IMG/VR virus record: IMGVR_UViG_3300016469_000499
Span: 1-36,872 of that record
Direction: 5' to 3' (one strand)
Origin: a virus
Taxonomy: Duplodnaviria; Caudoviricetes
Length of the DNA stretch: 36,872 nucleotides
Shown here: one piece after another, positions 8,085 through 18,261 of the stretch
Position numbering within the stretch: position 1 is the first letter of the stretch
How the letters are laid out: every line of letters starts with the position of its first letter
Position numbers and translations under genes: made by a program
Notes under the pieces: model-generated
Seen by the model: the letters and a program-made list of their open reading frames with translations, nothing else
Databases searched by the model: none
Told to the model about the DNA's origin: nothing

Positions 8085-10955
8085 TTATTTAGGTGGCTCT
8101 GGTGGTGGTGCTCCACCTAAATCTGGCATGTCTGGCATTGGAGGCATTCCTGGTAAACCACCAGAATCTTCTGGTCCTACTTCACCAGGTAACTTCTCTT
8201 TATCTGCCATAGTCTCTTGCTTTTCTTGAATTTCATCTTCATCCGTCAAAGCTCTTAACTCATTTAAGCTCATCTTTTCTAATTGAGCTTTTTCTTTCTT
8301 CAAGATTTCATTTGCAATTGTTTCTTTTCTAATTTTTCTCATTTGATCATCAAAATCTAATCCTAAAGCTCTATGCAACTCTTGTACAGCTACACGTTTC
8401 TCACCTTCAGCTCCTTGACTCAATTGCATTAAATTATTAATATATTCGTTGGTGTCAAATAATGACATGTGATTCCAATCTACTTCTGGAACTATTAATG
8501 TTTTCTTTCTACCATCTGTATATTCATAAAAATCTTGCATCATTGCAATTGGAGTAAATACTTTTCTTTTTAACCAAGAAGCTAACATGTTTCTGAATTG
8601 CATATATCTTTGTCTTAAAACATCTAATGCTACACCACCATTAGAATATGTAGTATCACTTCCTCCATCCATAATAACAGATGGTACCATTAATCCAGTA
8701 TATATTTCTTTAATCAATTGTGTAATATCATTGCTTGTATCATAAATTCCAGAGCCTCTTCCAATGACTTGAACATCCAATGCATCATGAGTAAATAGTT
8801 TAAAGTTTTTATCATAAGTAGCTTGCTCTACTACATTTTTATAAGCTTCAATATCTGCTGGTGTTGGTTTAAAATCAGCAGATCCTATTTTAAATACAGT
8901 CAAGGGATTGATTAAATCATCTGCTTGTGCAAATTTACAATTTCCTTGTATGGTTGCCTTGTTATTTCTTTTAGTTACAAAATAACCAGTGTCAGTTTCA
9001 AAACACCATACAATTCCATTGTATTGTTCTTTTATAATATCTGCTCCATATCCATTTCTGTTTTTTGATCCAACAGATAAAACTGGCTCATTTCCATAAT
9101 TTGTATCAGACCAAGTTACATAATACTCAGATCTATTTTTTCTATTTATTTCTGTAATATTAGGAACATATCCGCATTTATAAACCAATTCATATACATC
9201 TTCAGATAATTGCTTAGATATTGTGCAATATGAATAAGATGTACTATCTTCTTTTTTATTTTCAGTACCATCACCTTTTACCAAAGAATTTAACAATATC
9301 TTTAAATATTTTTCTTCATAAGAAAAAATCTCTCTTGGTATTTTTTTATCATTTGCTTTGCATGTCTTTCCACATATATTTTCTATAAAGAAATTAACAA
9401 CATTTTTGTTTGTAATAACACCAATCCATTTATCTTTTAAACCATCTTTTTTTACTATTTTATTTGAAACATGCAATCCAAGATTATTGGCAAATTCATT
9501 AAATGATGACTTAATATCTTCATAGCAATCAGAATCAATTGCTTGAGAAACTGATAATGAATTATCATATCTTTTGTTTTTATAGTTTTTATAAACACAC
9601 CCTTCAGATATTACATAACCAAGTACTTTTAAATATAAAGACTTATCAAGCTCTTTGCCTAATATATTTATTGTACTACAAGTTTCTTTTTGCTCAAAAC
9701 TTGCAATTGATTTGAATTTAAAGTTTGTTTTTTTACTTGCTAAATAACTTGCTTGGTTTGATAAATATTCAGAATATATTGTTTTTTTATTTTTTTGCTT
9801 TTTTTCTTTAAAAAGCATTTTATGATTTGGTGTAACTTTAATATCAATTTTATTTCCTTTAAAATGCAACATTTCTCCAGAATAATTTGATATCATAAAG
9901 TTTTTTGGCTTTAGATATTTTATAGTATCTAAATTTTTATCATAACATGCTATTTTTATATTATCTTTTAGTTTTACTTTTTTATCTTTATATAAGCCAA
10001 CAATATTATTATTTGACTCTGTAAATTCTAATAACTCATAAATAAACTTAAAACCATCTTCAGTTAATACTTGAGTTTCTTCATCATAACATTCTCTGAT
10101 TTTATCAAACAACATTAACTGCCTAAACACAGATACAGGCAATCCTGTCCCTCTAACTTCATAAGGTGCTATTTTTCTTGCAAGCATCGTAATGTTTAAA
10201 TTATCTAATGGAATATTTTGACCCTTTTTAACACATTCGATAATGTATGGATCTAATTGTTTTCTTTGCTCAATATCTGATTGTTTTCCAGATGTAATAA
10301 TTTTCTTTAAATTTTCATCTGGCTTTAACATAATAAGAGGTTCATTTTCGATATTGCTTCTTTTTACTGAAATATAATCAGGATTTTGTAAGACAATTCT
10401 TGACCATTTTCCTGTAGACTCATCTAATTCTAAATAAGGAAATGCTTCTCCTAATAACCAAAACTCTTGAGCAATTTGAACACAAATATTCATTAAGTCT
10501 AACTCTTCAGACATTTCTGAAAAGAACTTTTCTATTTCTTTATTTTTACACTTAATATTTAATTTGCTTATTGGATAAGTAGAATGTAATGTAATGGCAT
10601 TTTGAACCATACCATTTAAAGCAAAAAAAGATCTACACCATGCATTGATTGTAGCTCTATCTCTTGGTAAAGATAAATTAGATGTTAACCATAAAGGAGA
10701 ATAAATATCTGGAGCTTGTTTAGGCGAATCATTTGATCCTCTGTATCCACCTCCAGGAGAACTTACTTGAGCCCTTTTAGAAATACCACCAGTTACATAT
10801 GAATTAGCAGTTAATTTATTTCTTTCTATTTCTGAAGTAGGTCTACCGTCAGAAAAAAGCCCAGCTTCTACTTCTTGCTCAAGCATTTCTCTTCTATATG
10901 GAGAAACTGATTTCAACATATCTGGTGTTATTTTGGGTTTGTTTAAATTATTCAT
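8085..10955 (-). CDS. Portal protein, intein-containing (572 aa after splicing)
   Basis: Directly downstream of the terminase. Portal-like segments EFWLLGEAFPY, IVLQNPDYI, YEVRGT and IYTGLMVP; coiled-coil and Pro-rich tail. Confidence 0.8.
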   Translation of the reverse strand: MNNLNKPKITPDMLKSVSPYRREMLEQEVEAGLFSDGRPTSEIERNKLTANSYVTGGISKRAQVSSPGGGYRGSNDSPKQAPDIYSPLWLTSNLSLPRDRATINAWCRSFFALNGMVQNAITLHSTYPISKLNIKCKNKEIEKFFSEMSEELDLMNICVQIAQEFWLLGEAFPYLELDESTGKWSRIVLQNPDYISVKRSNIENEPLIMLKPDENLKKIITSGKQSDIEQRKQLDPYIIECVKKGQNIPLDNLNITMLARKIAPYEVRGTGLPVSVFRQLMLFDKIRECYDEETQVLTEDGFKFIYELLEFTESNNNIVGLYKDKKVKLKDNIKIACYDKNLDTIKYLKPKNFMISNYSGEMLHFKGNKIDIKVTPNHKMLFKEKKQKNKKTIYSEYLSNQASYLASKKTNFKFKSIASFEQKETCSTINILGKELDKSLYLKVLGYVISEGCVYKNYKNKRYDNSLSVSQAIDSDCYEDIKSSFNEFANNLGLHVSNKIVKKDGLKDKWIGVITNKNVVNFFIENICGKTCKANDKKIPREIFSYEEKYLKILLNSLVKGDGTENKKEDSTSYSYCTISKQLSEDVYELVYKCGYVPNITEINRKNRSEYYVTWSDTNYGNEPVLSVGSKNRNGYGADIIKEQYNGIVWCFETDTGYFVTKRNNKATIQGNCKFAQADDLINPLTVFKIGSADFKPTPADIEAYKNVVEQATYDKNFKLFTHDALDVQVIGRGSGIYDTSNDITQLIKEIYTGLMVPSVIMDGGSDTTYSNGGVALDVLRQRYMQFRNMLASWLKRKVFTPIAMMQDFYEYTDGRKKTLIVPEVDWNHMSLFDTNEYINNLMQLSQGAEGEKRVAVQELHRALGLDFDDQMRKIRKETIANEILKKEKAQLEKMSLNELRALTDEDEIQEKQETMADKEKLPGEVGPEDSGGLPGMPPMPDMPDLGGAPPPEPPK
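8940..10091 (-). mobile_element. Intein with LAGLIDADG domain (384 aa) in the portal
   Basis: Starts CYDEETQVLTEDG, block B VTPNHKM, motifs VLGYVISEG and LLNSLVKGDG, ends VWCFETDTGYFV...IQGN then Cys+1. Confidence 0.93.
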
Positions 10956-10976
10956 TTATCCTTAAATTAAAGTATA

Positions 10977-13268
10977 TCAATATCTAGGCACATATCCTAA
11001 TATTAAAGGTATTTGTTTTTTAGTTAAATTTGCTTGTTTGTTAGATAAAAAATTCATATCTTTAAAAGAACTTGTTACATAAAACTTATATGCTATATAT
11101 GCATTTAATAATGCCATTAAACCATCATTTGGTATTGAACCTTTTACATAATGAATTGAATGTTCTCCAACATTTGATAGTTTAGGTTTTATTTCCATTG
11201 AAGAGCAATGTTGTAATAACCAAGCTATTTTTTCATAATCTTTGTTTGATAATGGAAATCTAATTTTTCCCGATCTAAATTTATCAAACAACTCTCCTAT
11301 ATAAAAATCTCTATCAAATTGTATTTCTTTTGGTTTTAATTCATTTAAAAATTTTGCTTTAAATGGGTTTATAATTTTAGGCATTGCTCTAGATACAAGA
11401 TATCTGTCTCCATACAAATCAGATAAATCGGTAGACAAGTCATTTGAATATCCAATATCTCCTACAGCTAAATTAATAGAGTAGTTTCTCATTAACTCAT
11501 CAATTAATTCTTTTTTATATGTAGGATCATTTTTCTTAAACTTCATTGCAAATTCAATAGAAATCAATCCAGCATCTTTTACGGAAACAATAATAGCTGT
11601 AGAATATGATTGACCTGAACCTTTTTTATCTGTATTTGCTTGTTGCTCTAAGTCGGCTTTTAAACCATAATCTAATCCAAGAAACATAAGTTTTCCTGAA
11701 TCTGGTGGAATATATTTAGAAAATCTTCTATCCATATCTCCACATTTTTCTATTAATTCATCAATTGTAATTGGAGTAGAATCTCCTTGAAAAAACTCTC
11801 CTAAAACTTCATTCCTATAAACTCTTTCTGTATTGATAGGATGAATATTTGGCTTTTCAGATATAATATCTTGCTTTCTAGCATTAGGTGCAAATAACAT
11901 GTTTATATGAAATCCAATATACTCGCATTCAGATAATGGTTTTGTTTCTACCCATTTTCCTCGTTCTGCTGCATCTAATTTGTTTTGCAAATGCTTGCAA
12001 TGAGGGCATTTTACTGTAAAATCTTCTATCCAAATATTTTCCCAATCATCTGATTCTGGAGTATACAATGGAAAATATCTTTTGCACTCTTCACAACCTA
12101 GATGATAATATTGTTGGTTTGAATTCATCCATATTTTATAATAATCAGAACCTTTTTTCTTTGGAGTACCAAAATATACTTGAACTCCTTTTGTAGGTCT
12201 TCCATATTTAGATGATCTTAAAATCTTTGTAGCATTTGTTAATGCAGGTCCAGGTGTATCTTGACAATTATGTGCTACCAATCCATTTTTAGATTTTTTT
12301 GACGAAGATACTATAAAATTATGATTATCTTCAACCTCTATGTCATAAACATAATCAAATTCTTTTTTATATAAAACAGATTTTACAGAACAATAATTAG
12401 AGTTTGATAATAAAATGCTTTCATTATTAGAAATATCTCTAGCTTCTTTCCAACCATTTAATGTTAAAAATTTATGATTAGGCGTGCATTTTATTTTTCT
12501 ATTTTTACATATTAACTGTACTAACTCTCTTTTTTCTCTTTTCCATGCTTGTTTTATATTTTTATATTCAAATTGTTTGGTTAACTCATTAAATGTTAAT
12601 ACTTTTGGTAATTTTTGATTTTTTTTATATAAATTATATAATCTACCAATTGGTATGTTTCCATCTTCAGTTTTAATATATTGATAATATGGAAAGCACT
12701 CATCAAAAAAAATAACATCTGCTGTTAAACCTCTAATTCTATCTGCGTCCAATCCTGTAGATTCAATCCAAATATGATTCCCATTTACGAATCTTTTAAA
12801 TTTAAGAGAATCTCCTATTTGATTATTATCTAATAAACTCTCCATATAAGATAATGGTTTTCCTTTTTTATCTGTTCCAATTTTAATAGAATCAGATATC
12901 ATTGGATCCATTTTTGATTTTGTATATCTTGCCGCCTGCTCTAAATTTGGAAAGGCATGTATAATTCTAATAGGTGGCTTTCCATTAATCCCAAATAAAC
13001 CACAACCCATAAAATACATTTCTAAACCTAACGCCATGGTTGTTCCTCCAACCTGACGACCTTTTACTAATACCAATGGTTTTGCATTTTCTTCTAATGC
13101 TTTAATTCCAATGTATCTATAAATATCAATGAATGGCTTATATCCTCTTTTTGAAAATGAAAATGGTGCACCATCAATTGTTAAATTATTTTCACAAAAT
13201 TTTATTGGGTCTATTGAATAAATTTTTGATTTTAATTTGTTAAAAAAATCTTTCTCAATATCTTGCAT
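10977..13268 (-). CDS. Terminase large subunit (GpA-like), intein-containing (619 aa after splicing)
   Basis: Walker A KGRQVGGT, Walker B DVIFFDE|CQD, motif III FGTP, zinc ribbon CEEC...CPHC...ERGKW, NEVLGE, nuclease GLDYG. Confidence 0.92.
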   Translation of the reverse strand: MQDIEKDFFNKLKSKIYSIDPIKFCENNLTIDGAPFSFSKRGYKPFIDIYRYIGIKALEENAKPLVLVKGRQVGGTTMALGLEMYFMGCGLFGINGKPPIRIIHAFPNLEQAARYTKSKMDPMISDSIKIGTDKKGKPLSYMESLLDNNQIGDSLKFKRFVNGNHIWIESTGLDADRIRGLTADVIFFDECFPYYQYIKTEDGNIPIGRLYNLYKKNQKLPKVLTFNELTKQFEYKNIKQAWKREKRELVQLICKNRKIKCTPNHKFLTLNGWKEARDISNNESILLSNSNYCSVKSVLYKKEFDYVYDIEVEDNHNFIVSSSKKSKNGLVAHNCQDTPGPALTNATKILRSSKYGRPTKGVQVYFGTPKKKGSDYYKIWMNSNQQYYHLGCEECKRYFPLYTPESDDWENIWIEDFTVKCPHCKHLQNKLDAAERGKWVETKPLSECEYIGFHINMLFAPNARKQDIISEKPNIHPINTERVYRNEVLGEFFQGDSTPITIDELIEKCGDMDRRFSKYIPPDSGKLMFLGLDYGLKADLEQQANTDKKGSGQSYSTAIIVSVKDAGLISIEFAMKFKKNDPTYKKELIDELMRNYSINLAVGDIGYSNDLSTDLSDLYGDRYLVSRAMPKIINPFKAKFLNELKPKEIQFDRDFYIGELFDKFRSGKIRFPLSNKDYEKIAWLLQHCSSMEIKPKLSNVGEHSIHYVKGSIPNDGLMALLNAYIAYKFYVTSSFKDMNFLSNKQANLTKKQIPLILGYVPRY
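12267..12698 (-). mobile_element. Mini-intein (144 aa, no endonuclease) at terminase Walker B
   Basis: CFPYYQYIKTEDG...CTPNHKFLT...VYDIEVEDNHNF...LVAHN followed by Cys+1. Confidence 0.95.
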
Positions 13269-13277
13269 AATAATATA

Positions 13278-13841
13278 TTATTTATTCAACGTATCTAAGA
13301 ATAAATCTTGTTCATCTTGTTCTATTGAATGAAAATTTTTGCCTAAATTATTAGATACTTCTGGCTTGGCTTTATATTCTAAATTTTTTTGAGCTATATA
13401 TTTTTTTAAACCATTGTCTTGAAATAATGTATTATCTTTTATTTCTTTTTCATGCAATCTACTAACTTTATCAACAATACCAATAACAGGCAAAGTCCCT
13501 TTGGAATCTTCAATAATATTGTCTATTGTCTTTTTTATGTTAGGATATTTCTTAAAACTTTCAATTGTTTCATTTGAAGTTTCTTGTTGTAGCTCAGCCT
13601 TTTTTGATAATTTAATTTTTTTGTTTTTTAAATATGCAGCTAAACCACTTCTTTCTATCATCTCAGAAACTTTGTCTTCGACGGAAGAAAATTTTGATTT
13701 TTTTGAATCTACAACCTCATTTACCCTAAATAATAAATCATCAACTCTTTTAGGTTGTACAGCTATTTTATTTAGCTTGTTTTTTAAAGATTCTGCCCAA
13801 TATGTATCTAAAATTTCTTTTTCAAAAGATTTTTTTATCAT
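13278..13841 (-). CDS. Hypothetical virion-block protein
   Basis: 187-aa ORF in the operon with several K-x-A/S motifs. Confidence 0.75.
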   Translation of the reverse strand: MIKKSFEKEILDTYWAESLKNKLNKIAVQPKRVDDLLFRVNEVVDSKKSKFSSVEDKVSEMIERSGLAAYLKNKKIKLSKKAELQQETSNETIESFKKYPNIKKTIDNIIEDSKGTLPVIGIVDKVSRLHEKEIKDNTLFQDNGLKKYIAQKNLEYKAKPEVSNNLGKNFHSIEQDEQDLFLDTLNK

Positions 13842-13855
13842 ATTTTAATGCTTAA

Positions 13856-14785
13856 TTAAGCATTATAATTTGCTGCATAATCAAAACCATCTACGCTTTT
13901 ATCTCTTGGTTTTTCCATTACATCTAAATAAAATCTATCAGCTCGAATTGGAAATCCCATATCTTGTAACAAAAAGGACAATTCAAATTTTTCTCTATCT
14001 GATAATTTAAATTTAGAAGCAACTTTTTCTATATTATCTTCCATAGAATGACCAGCTGAAACTGTACTATTTATACACATTCTTGCCAATGCAGAAATTA
14101 ACAAAGGCACTTGAACATGATTACCTGATAATCCAACAATTTTAGCTTCTTTAACTAAACCTTCATCATCTAATCCTGCTTGTTTTCTTTTGTCTTTTTT
14201 ACCTTTAGTAATTTTCTTTAAAGCCTTTTCTAATGCTGTTATTCCATCCTCTATTTTAGATCTTATTTTTTCAATCTTATCTGCATCTAATTCTCCATCA
14301 ACATCCATTTTCATAGCTTTTGATATCTCAGAATCTAATTTGTTTAGATAAGCCATTGCTCTTTCAATACCAGCAGAGTCTTTTCCAGAATGTCTTGGAA
14401 CATCAACAAATCTTTCTTTTAGCCATTCTAAGAATCCAGAAGCACCTCTTTCTTTCCAATTCCATTTAGGATTTGTTTTTTTATCTTTTGCCTCTGAGTC
14501 ATCTTCTTCTTTTTTTTCATCTTCTGAATCTTCATCTGTATCTGAAACTAATAATACATTTTCAGCTTCTTGTGGATTCATTCCAGGAACAGGAGAATCA
14601 AACTCTGGCATATCTACTGATATTGTAATTTTAACATCATTAGGATCTTGAACTTGAACTCCATGAGAATCATCATGTACATGTAATTGACCAACAGGAG
14701 ATTGTACAACCATAGTATCTTCTCCACCATCTTCTTGCTCTAACTCTTGATCATCTATTATTATTTGTGCTTCTGTAATTAACAT
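13856..14785 (-). CDS. Hypothetical protein with acidic N-terminal third
   Basis: 309 aa, GAGG RBS, acidic region followed by helical domains. Confidence 0.8.
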   Translation of the reverse strand: MLITEAQIIIDDQELEQEDGGEDTMVVQSPVGQLHVHDDSHGVQVQDPNDVKITISVDMPEFDSPVPGMNPQEAENVLLVSDTDEDSEDEKKEEDDSEAKDKKTNPKWNWKERGASGFLEWLKERFVDVPRHSGKDSAGIERAMAYLNKLDSEISKAMKMDVDGELDADKIEKIRSKIEDGITALEKALKKITKGKKDKRKQAGLDDEGLVKEAKIVGLSGNHVQVPLLISALARMCINSTVSAGHSMEDNIEKVASKFKLSDREKFELSFLLQDMGFPIRADRFYLDVMEKPRDKSVDGFDYAANYNA

Positions 14786-14797
14786 TTAACCTCAATA

Positions 14798-15313
14798 TCA
14801 AAATACTACATTTTTATATGTTTCATTCATAGAATCAGTAACACCGTATCTTAAATCAGCCGTATACTCATTTTCTAAATCCTCTCTAGATATTTCTCTT
14901 TCATCTCCATATAACCCAGGCTCTTGATTTATAATAAAATTAAACTTATCTGATGGCTTGTCAGCTATAGGATTTTCTTGCTCTATAAATGGAAACAATA
15001 ATTGATCTGGTCTTTTATCTTCACTATCATAATTAGGTGCTATTAAATAAGTTCTTCCAGTCGTTTGATTAATAGTCGAGCTTTCATCTCCTGGTAAACT
15101 TTCTAAAGTTCTATCAATCTTATATTGCTCGTCTTCATTGGCTATTTTTAATAGCATATTTAATGCTTTTTTTCTTAGCCTTTTCTTTTTAAAAAAATCT
15201 TTTACAGATTTATATTTATGCATGTTTTGATAAAATCCCTCACCTGGACCTGTTGAATCCTCAATATAATCATAGTTTTTAAAAAATAACTTTCTGGCTG
15301 TAGGATTACTCAT
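14798..15313 (-). CDS. Hypothetical protein
   Basis: 171 aa; basic N-part ending LLKIA, acidic C-part. Confidence 0.75.
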   Translation of the reverse strand: MSNPTARKLFFKNYDYIEDSTGPGEGFYQNMHKYKSVKDFFKKKRLRKKALNMLLKIANEDEQYKIDRTLESLPGDESSTINQTTGRTYLIAPNYDSEDKRPDQLLFPFIEQENPIADKPSDKFNFIINQEPGLYGDEREISREDLENEYTADLRYGVTDSMNETYKNVVF

Positions 15314-16019
15314 TTTCTATTCCGGGTGGTATAAATTTTATCATATTTGTTTTGTTTAAATAATATAATGTTTTATCTTTATCTTTTTCAAAACAATATT
15401 TTACTTTTTCTTTTAAACCTTTTATAGATCCATTTTGAATCATTATTGGATATTTTGATAAATACTCAACAACTCTTTTATGTATTCCAAAATTTAATTT
15501 TACAGCTAAATAAATAGATCGAATAGCTCTATTTTTTTGAATAAATGTTTTTTCAGGAGCAATGCATGTATCTACTATTTTTTCTTTAATATCAGAAAAA
15601 GATTTGCCAGTAATATCTTTAATATTTGTCAAGTCTAAATCTGATATCATTGCATTGCATGTAAAATCTCTACTAAATGTTTCTTGTTCTAGCAAAGATA
15701 ACTTTCTACCAACAATATTTTCAATTTCAGGAGTAATGTAGTTACTTGAAAAATCTATTTTTAAATTTCCAAATGCAATCGTTCTATGACCATCATTTGC
15801 AATTTCTGTTTTTATTTTATATTTATCTTTGAATTTGTTATAAAATTCTGAGCCTAATAGCTTTATAGATTCATCTCCTGTTGTAATATCCACATCATTT
15901 ATTTTTAATAGATTTCCCATATATTTGTCCCTTACAACACCACCGCAAATATATGGTCTTGATGTATTAAAGTTTTTAGAAACTACATTAATTTCATTTA
16001 AAAGCTCTTTTAGTTTCAT
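15306..16019 (-). CDS. Class II tRNA nucleotidyltransferase / poly(A) polymerase head-domain protein, short
   Basis: YICGGVVRD...DVDIT (catalytic DxD) and RDFTCNA motifs; only 237 aa. Confidence 0.88.
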   Translation of the reverse strand: MKLKELLNEINVVSKNFNTSRPYICGGVVRDKYMGNLLKINDVDITTGDESIKLLGSEFYNKFKDKYKIKTEIANDGHRTIAFGNLKIDFSSNYITPEIENIVGRKLSLLEQETFSRDFTCNAMISDLDLTNIKDITGKSFSDIKEKIVDTCIAPEKTFIQKNRAIRSIYLAVKLNFGIHKRVVEYLSKYPIMIQNGSIKGLKEKVKYCFEKDKDKTLYYLNKTNMIKFIPPGIENE

Positions 16020-17494
16020 TAAGCTCTAGGTGGAATTGGGGCTGGTGCTGGTGCTGGTTTTTCTTGAACTACTTGAGGTGCTGGCTCTTCTGTAATTTCT
16101 ATTTCTGGTGTTTCTTTTAAAGCCTCATTTTCAAGCTGCTTTCTCATTTCTTTCTTTTTATTATCTAAGGCTTCTTCTTGTTGCAAGTTTTCTTTAATTT
16201 GTTTTGCTCTAGGATCATTTACTTGCTTATCTTTATTTTCTAAATCTATTAATGGTGTTTTTGTTGCGCCTCTTAGTTTTGATAAAATATCATCAACTCT
16301 TGTTAAAATATAATTGTTTGATTCCAATGCTTTATTATGAGATTCAGACAAACCAGGAAACATTGGGCTTAGATTTAATGCGCTTAACATCATATCAACA
16401 ATGGCTAACTGTCTTGGAATTTCTCTTTCTTTAAATATATGAGATAAGCTTTCTAACTTTTGAACAACATCTTCTATTTTTACATTAGCAAATAAATTAT
16501 CTATTGCTGCGTCATAATTATTTTTTACAGTAGGTGGTTCTGGTTTTTTTAAACCGTCTTTTGCTTGATTGATTGGTATAACTTGAGCCTCTGTAACTAA
16601 TATAGTATCTTCAGCTTTTTGATGATCTTCTTCCATAGAAGAAAGATCTCCTTTTAATTTATTAACAAAATCTTTTATTCCTTTTCCTTTAGGTGTTGCC
16701 AAATCTGGGGTACTATTTGGTGGAGGAACCATTCCTGGTCCTTGAGATGGCAATAAAGAAGGAGATCCTGTTGGCTCTGTTGGAGGAATATTTTGAGCTG
16801 GTGTTGGAGCTGCTGTTTGGGCTACTTTTAACAAAAACTCATAATGTTCTTGCTTTTTATTTTTTAAACAAATATTTGCTTCGCGTATAATTAAATCATT
16901 ATAAGTTGTCATAGATTTAGAGGCTTTTTTTAGCTTTCTAAATTTTTTCATTAAACTATAAACCAACTCAACAAATTCATCATATCCAGAACCTAATAGC
17001 TCTTTACCATATTCAGAATCAATAACTTTATCTATTGATTTTAATCTAGATAAAACTTTTTCTCTTACTTTATTTACTTGATTTTGTTTTTCTTCTTCAG
17101 ATTCAGACTCAGAATCTTCTGTTTCTTCTGCACTTTCTGCTTTATTAAAATCTGGCTTAAATTCATTATTGTTTTTTATATGTAAATAATAGCCAGGATT
17201 TGTTGGGCTATCATACAACGATGCAAATTTATATTTTACAAAATCACCACTTTCATAGTATTTCATCCAATTTAGAAAATCATTTAACTCTTTTGTTCCC
17301 CACCCTTTGGTTACTTGATCAATAGATGAATATTTATCCATACCTTGATTGACCATAGATTGGGCTTTTTGCATGGTTAAAACCCATTTATTTAAATCAT
17401 ATTGTTTTTCTGGCTCCTTATATGAATAATTAGGATAAGCCTCTTTTACAATATCATTGTTAATTTTCTCAAATAAAAGTTCTAGTTTATTCAT
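16019..17494 (-). CDS. Hypothetical multi-segment virion-block protein
   Basis: 491 aa; helical segments separated by Pro-rich or acidic linkers at KEAY, KFAS, KKAS, KVAQ, TEAQ. Confidence 0.8.
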   Translation of the reverse strand: MNKLELLFEKINNDIVKEAYPNYSYKEPEKQYDLNKWVLTMQKAQSMVNQGMDKYSSIDQVTKGWGTKELNDFLNWMKYYESGDFVKYKFASLYDSPTNPGYYLHIKNNNEFKPDFNKAESAEETEDSESESEEEKQNQVNKVREKVLSRLKSIDKVIDSEYGKELLGSGYDEFVELVYSLMKKFRKLKKASKSMTTYNDLIIREANICLKNKKQEHYEFLLKVAQTAAPTPAQNIPPTEPTGSPSLLPSQGPGMVPPPNSTPDLATPKGKGIKDFVNKLKGDLSSMEEDHQKAEDTILVTEAQVIPINQAKDGLKKPEPPTVKNNYDAAIDNLFANVKIEDVVQKLESLSHIFKEREIPRQLAIVDMMLSALNLSPMFPGLSESHNKALESNNYILTRVDDILSKLRGATKTPLIDLENKDKQVNDPRAKQIKENLQQEEALDNKKKEMRKQLENEALKETPEIEITEEPAPQVVQEKPAPAPAPIPPRA

Positions 17495-18236
17495 TTAGTC
17501 TTTTCTGAATTGTTGTGTCTAAAAGTTTAACTTCAGCTATTTGCTGTTCTAATGTAAATTCTTTAGTATTGGCTAATTTTGCTTTACTTAATTCTTGATT
17601 AAATAAATCCAAACATTTCATTGAGGTTTCAAAATCTAAAGTGCTTAATACTTTTTTAAAAACATCATAAAATATAGAAACTTGTTGATCTAATACTTGA
17701 ACTGTAATATTTGTATTATTTATATTTGTAACATTTAATTGTTCTTTTTTTTCTTGCTTTTCTTTTATTTCATAATACTTTGATAAAGCATCTCCTAAAG
17801 AATTTAAATAGCTTATAACTATAGAATCTTTTTTAAAATCAATATCTTGATTAGACATTCTATCAAATGTTTGAGCCGCTCTTTCTTCAATGTTTTCAAT
17901 CAATCGAATCATTTTTTCTTCAATATCTAACTTCATATCAGCTGTTTTTATTATTTTATCTCTATAAGATTTATTATTTAATAAAAGATCAGCGCTAGAT
18001 CCTTGAGTTCTTACTTTAAGAATATCTTCTTTTATTTTAGAATAAATATCTAAATAATCTTTTTTAAAATCTTTTAAGCTAGAAACTGAAAGAACAAATT
18101 TAGATTCGCCAGGATTACAGTATTTTGTATCCAACCAATCATGAATATCTTTTTCTGAAATATCTATAATTAATTTTGAAATAATTTCATCTTTGTCTGG
18201 ATGTTCTAATATTTTATCTAAAACTGTAGTAGACAT
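17487..18236 (-). CDS. Hypothetical protein, possible terminase small subunit
   Basis: 249 aa; helical N-domain, central coiled coil and Asn/Ile/Thr-rich strand (NVTNINNTNITVQ). The ORF is solid but the function is a guess. Confidence 0.45.
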   Translation of the reverse strand: MSTTVLDKILEHPDKDEIISKLIIDISEKDIHDWLDTKYCNPGESKFVLSVSSLKDFKKDYLDIYSKIKEDILKVRTQGSSADLLLNNKSYRDKIIKTADMKLDIEEKMIRLIENIEERAAQTFDRMSNQDIDFKKDSIVISYLNSLGDALSKYYEIKEKQEKKEQLNVTNINNTNITVQVLDQQVSIFYDVFKKVLSTLDFETSMKCLDLFNQELSKAKLANTKEFTLEQQIAEVKLLDTTIQKRLNE

Positions 18237-18261
18237 ATAATTATGTCTTTTTATATAAAAA

